Assembly: GCA_964598695.1 (NCBI GenBank)
Contig: CAZRDB010000002.1
Coordinates: 30,857 to 94,856, forward strand
Length of the DNA stretch: 64,000 bases
Origin: an uncultured Armatimonadia bacterium
GTDB lineage: Bacteria; Armatimonadota; Zipacnadia; UBA1398
Direction: 5' to 3'
Part shown: positions 62,731 through 64,000 of the stretch, in pieces
Layout: each line of letters starts with the position of its first letter
Numbering within the stretch: position 1 is the first letter of the stretch
Translations under genes and position numbers: made by a program
Notes under the pieces: generated by a model
What the model was told of the DNA's origin: nothing
What the model saw: only the letters and a program-made list of their open reading frames with translations
Databases searched by the model: none

Positions 62731-63846
62731 CTACGCGCCGCTGTCCGCAAACGGCAGGAGGCCCTGCTCGAGTTCGTGCTCGCAGTAGGCGCAGCGCGGC
62801 ACCTTGGGGCTCCAGTCGGTCACGACGGGCCGCTGTGGCAGGGCCGGCTCCTGGACGGTGATGCAGCGCTCGTTGAGGCAGTGGGCCCACTCCTTGGGCC
62901 GCTCGACGGGCCGGAACGGCCGCTCGGCGCAGCAGAAGCCCTCCTGCTCGAGCAGCAGATCGAGCAGCGCCATGCGGACGAAGACGCCCGCCGCGGCCTG
63001 CTCGAAGTAGCGCGCGCGAGGGTCGGCGTCGACCTCGTACGCGATCTCGTCGACACGGGGCAGGGGATGGAGGATCAGCGTGTCGGGCCGCATCTTGTCG
63101 AGCAGGGCCTGGTCGATGCGCGGGATGTCGATCGCGGCGAGCTCGTCGGGCAGACGCTCGCGCTGGAGCCGGGTCATGTAGATCGTGTCGACCTCGGGGA
63201 GGCAGTCCTCGAGGCGGTCGACATAGTTCACCACACCGCGGTAGCGCTTGTGGATCTCGTCGAGCACGTACGGGGGCATCCCCAGCTTGCTCGGCGCGAC
63301 GCAGACCACGCGGGCCCCGAAGCGGACGAGCGCGGTCGCGAGCGAGTGGACCGTCCGGCCCGCGAGGAGGTCGCCGCACAGCGCCACGGTGAGGCCCTCG
63401 ATCCGCCCCTTGGTCCGGCGGAGGTAGTACAGGTCGGTGAGCGTCTGCGTGGGGTGGAGGTGGGAGCCGTCGCCGCCGCTGACGATCGGCACACCGCTCA
63501 GGTCGGCGCAGACCTGGGCCGAGCCCTCGGCCGGGTGGCGGATGACGACCGCGTCCACGTACGAGGCGACGATGCGAATGGTGTCGGCCAGCGTCTCGCC
63601 CTTGGTGACCGACGACGAGCGGATGTCGGAGAAGCCCATCGTGCTGCCGCCGAGCCGCATGAAGGCGGTCTCGAACGAGAGTCGCGTGCGGGTGCTGGGC
63701 TCGTAGAACAGCACGGCCATCAGTTGGCCACGGAGGCGGTCGTTGGCACGCTCGCGGACACGCTCGAAGACGTCCGCGCGGTCGAAGAGCCCCGAGACGT
63801 CCGAGTCGGTCAGGTTGTCGAGTGAGACGAGGTGGCCCACGGGCAT
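62731..63846 (-). CDS. pyrB: Aspartate carbamoyltransferase catalytic chain fused to a C-terminal PyrI-type zinc-binding domain
   Basis: STRTRLSFE (carbamoyl-phosphate binding), ...HPLPRVDEI (ATCase HPLP motif). The C-terminal tail CLNERC then 23 residues then CAYC reproduces the PyrI Zn-domain spacing (C-x4-C...C-x2-C). Confidence 0.8.
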   Translation of the reverse strand: MPVGHLVSLDNLTDSDVSGLFDRADVFERVRERANDRLRGQLMAVLFYEPSTRTRLSFETAFMRLGGSTMGFSDIRSSSVTKGETLADTIRIVASYVDAVVIRHPAEGSAQVCADLSGVPIVSGGDGSHLHPTQTLTDLYYLRRTKGRIEGLTVALCGDLLAGRTVHSLATALVRFGARVVCVAPSKLGMPPYVLDEIHKRYRGVVNYVDRLEDCLPEVDTIYMTRLQRERLPDELAAIDIPRIDQALLDKMRPDTLILHPLPRVDEIAYEVDADPRARYFEQAAAGVFVRMALLDLLLEQEGFCCAERPFRPVERPKEWAHCLNERCITVQEPALPQRPVVTDWSPKVPRCAYCEHELEQGLLPFADSGA

Positions 63847-63928
63847 ACAAACCCTCCTTCGCTCCCCGACACTTCGGAGGACGAGGCGCGGGCTCCTGCG
63901 CTCGCGGGGCCTTGCCGCGCGACGCCTC

Positions 63929-64000
63929 CTACGCGCGCGCGACCTGGCGGAGGAGCGCGGCTCCGATCCGGGCGAGACGCTCGGGATCGCCGACCCGCGC
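63929..64000 (-). CDS. 3' end of an unidentified gene (runs off the window)
   Basis: Minus-strand frame reads ...ARVGDPERLARIGAALLRQVARA* with the stop at 63929-63931. Only 23 codons are visible. Confidence 0.3.
   Translation of the reverse strand, partial: ARVGDPERLARIGAALLRQVARA

Overview
This is a 64-kb, roughly 70% GC chromosomal segment that looks like it comes from the PVC superphylum, most likely Planctomycetota. The evidence is two DUF1559 H-X9-DG pseudopilin-like genes, a DUF1080 secreted protein, a ThuA-HEAT giant protein, extreme GC3 codon bias and tight ATGA/GTGA gene overlaps. I support about 55 protein-coding genes and found no rRNA, tRNA, CRISPR array or transposase.

Working from start to end, the window contains:
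1. A four-gene envelope operon (nt 1-10197): a giant double-FtsX permease, two paralogous ~650-aa polytopic membrane proteins and a 934-aa secreted protein. None has an assignable function.
2. A lipoprotein serpin directly downstream of two pseudopilin-like genes and a small lipoprotein, all on the minus strand.
3. An 11-gene NADH:quinone oxidoreductase operon, nuoABCDHIJKLMN (15.07-25.67 kb), with no nuoEFG between nuoD and nuoH.
4. A complete Opp/Dpp-type peptide ABC importer on the minus strand (25.7-31.3 kb).
5. An AbrB/MazE-like regulator followed by TolC, an unusually long HlyD adaptor, an ArsB/NhaD permease, two ABC ATPases and two ABC-2 permeases (33.7-43.0 kb). The permease-ABC part is bracketed by two inverted copies of a ~55-bp REP-like palindromic element with perfectly conserved 16- and 19-bp arms.
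6. Housekeeping and miscellaneous genes. These are an orphan CheY-like receiver, a hydantoinase-like ATPase coupled to YhhQ and an isochorismatase-family hydrolase, a Xer-type recombinase, a stand-alone IMP-cyclohydrolase domain of PurH, DprA, a DUF882/M15 peptidase, a GH172 (DUF2961) gene next to a putative secreted glycoside hydrolase, lpdA, and a pyrB fused to a PyrI-type zinc domain.

The candidates I consider most worth follow-up are the uncharacterised FtsX-led envelope operon, the REP-bracketed efflux module with its long HlyD, the serpin-pseudopilin cluster and the PyrB-PyrI(Zn) fusion.

Coordinates come from the supplied ORF track, refined by counting residues to internal starts and checking start codons against the sequence. 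All functional calls rest on motifs I recognised by eye, not on database searches.
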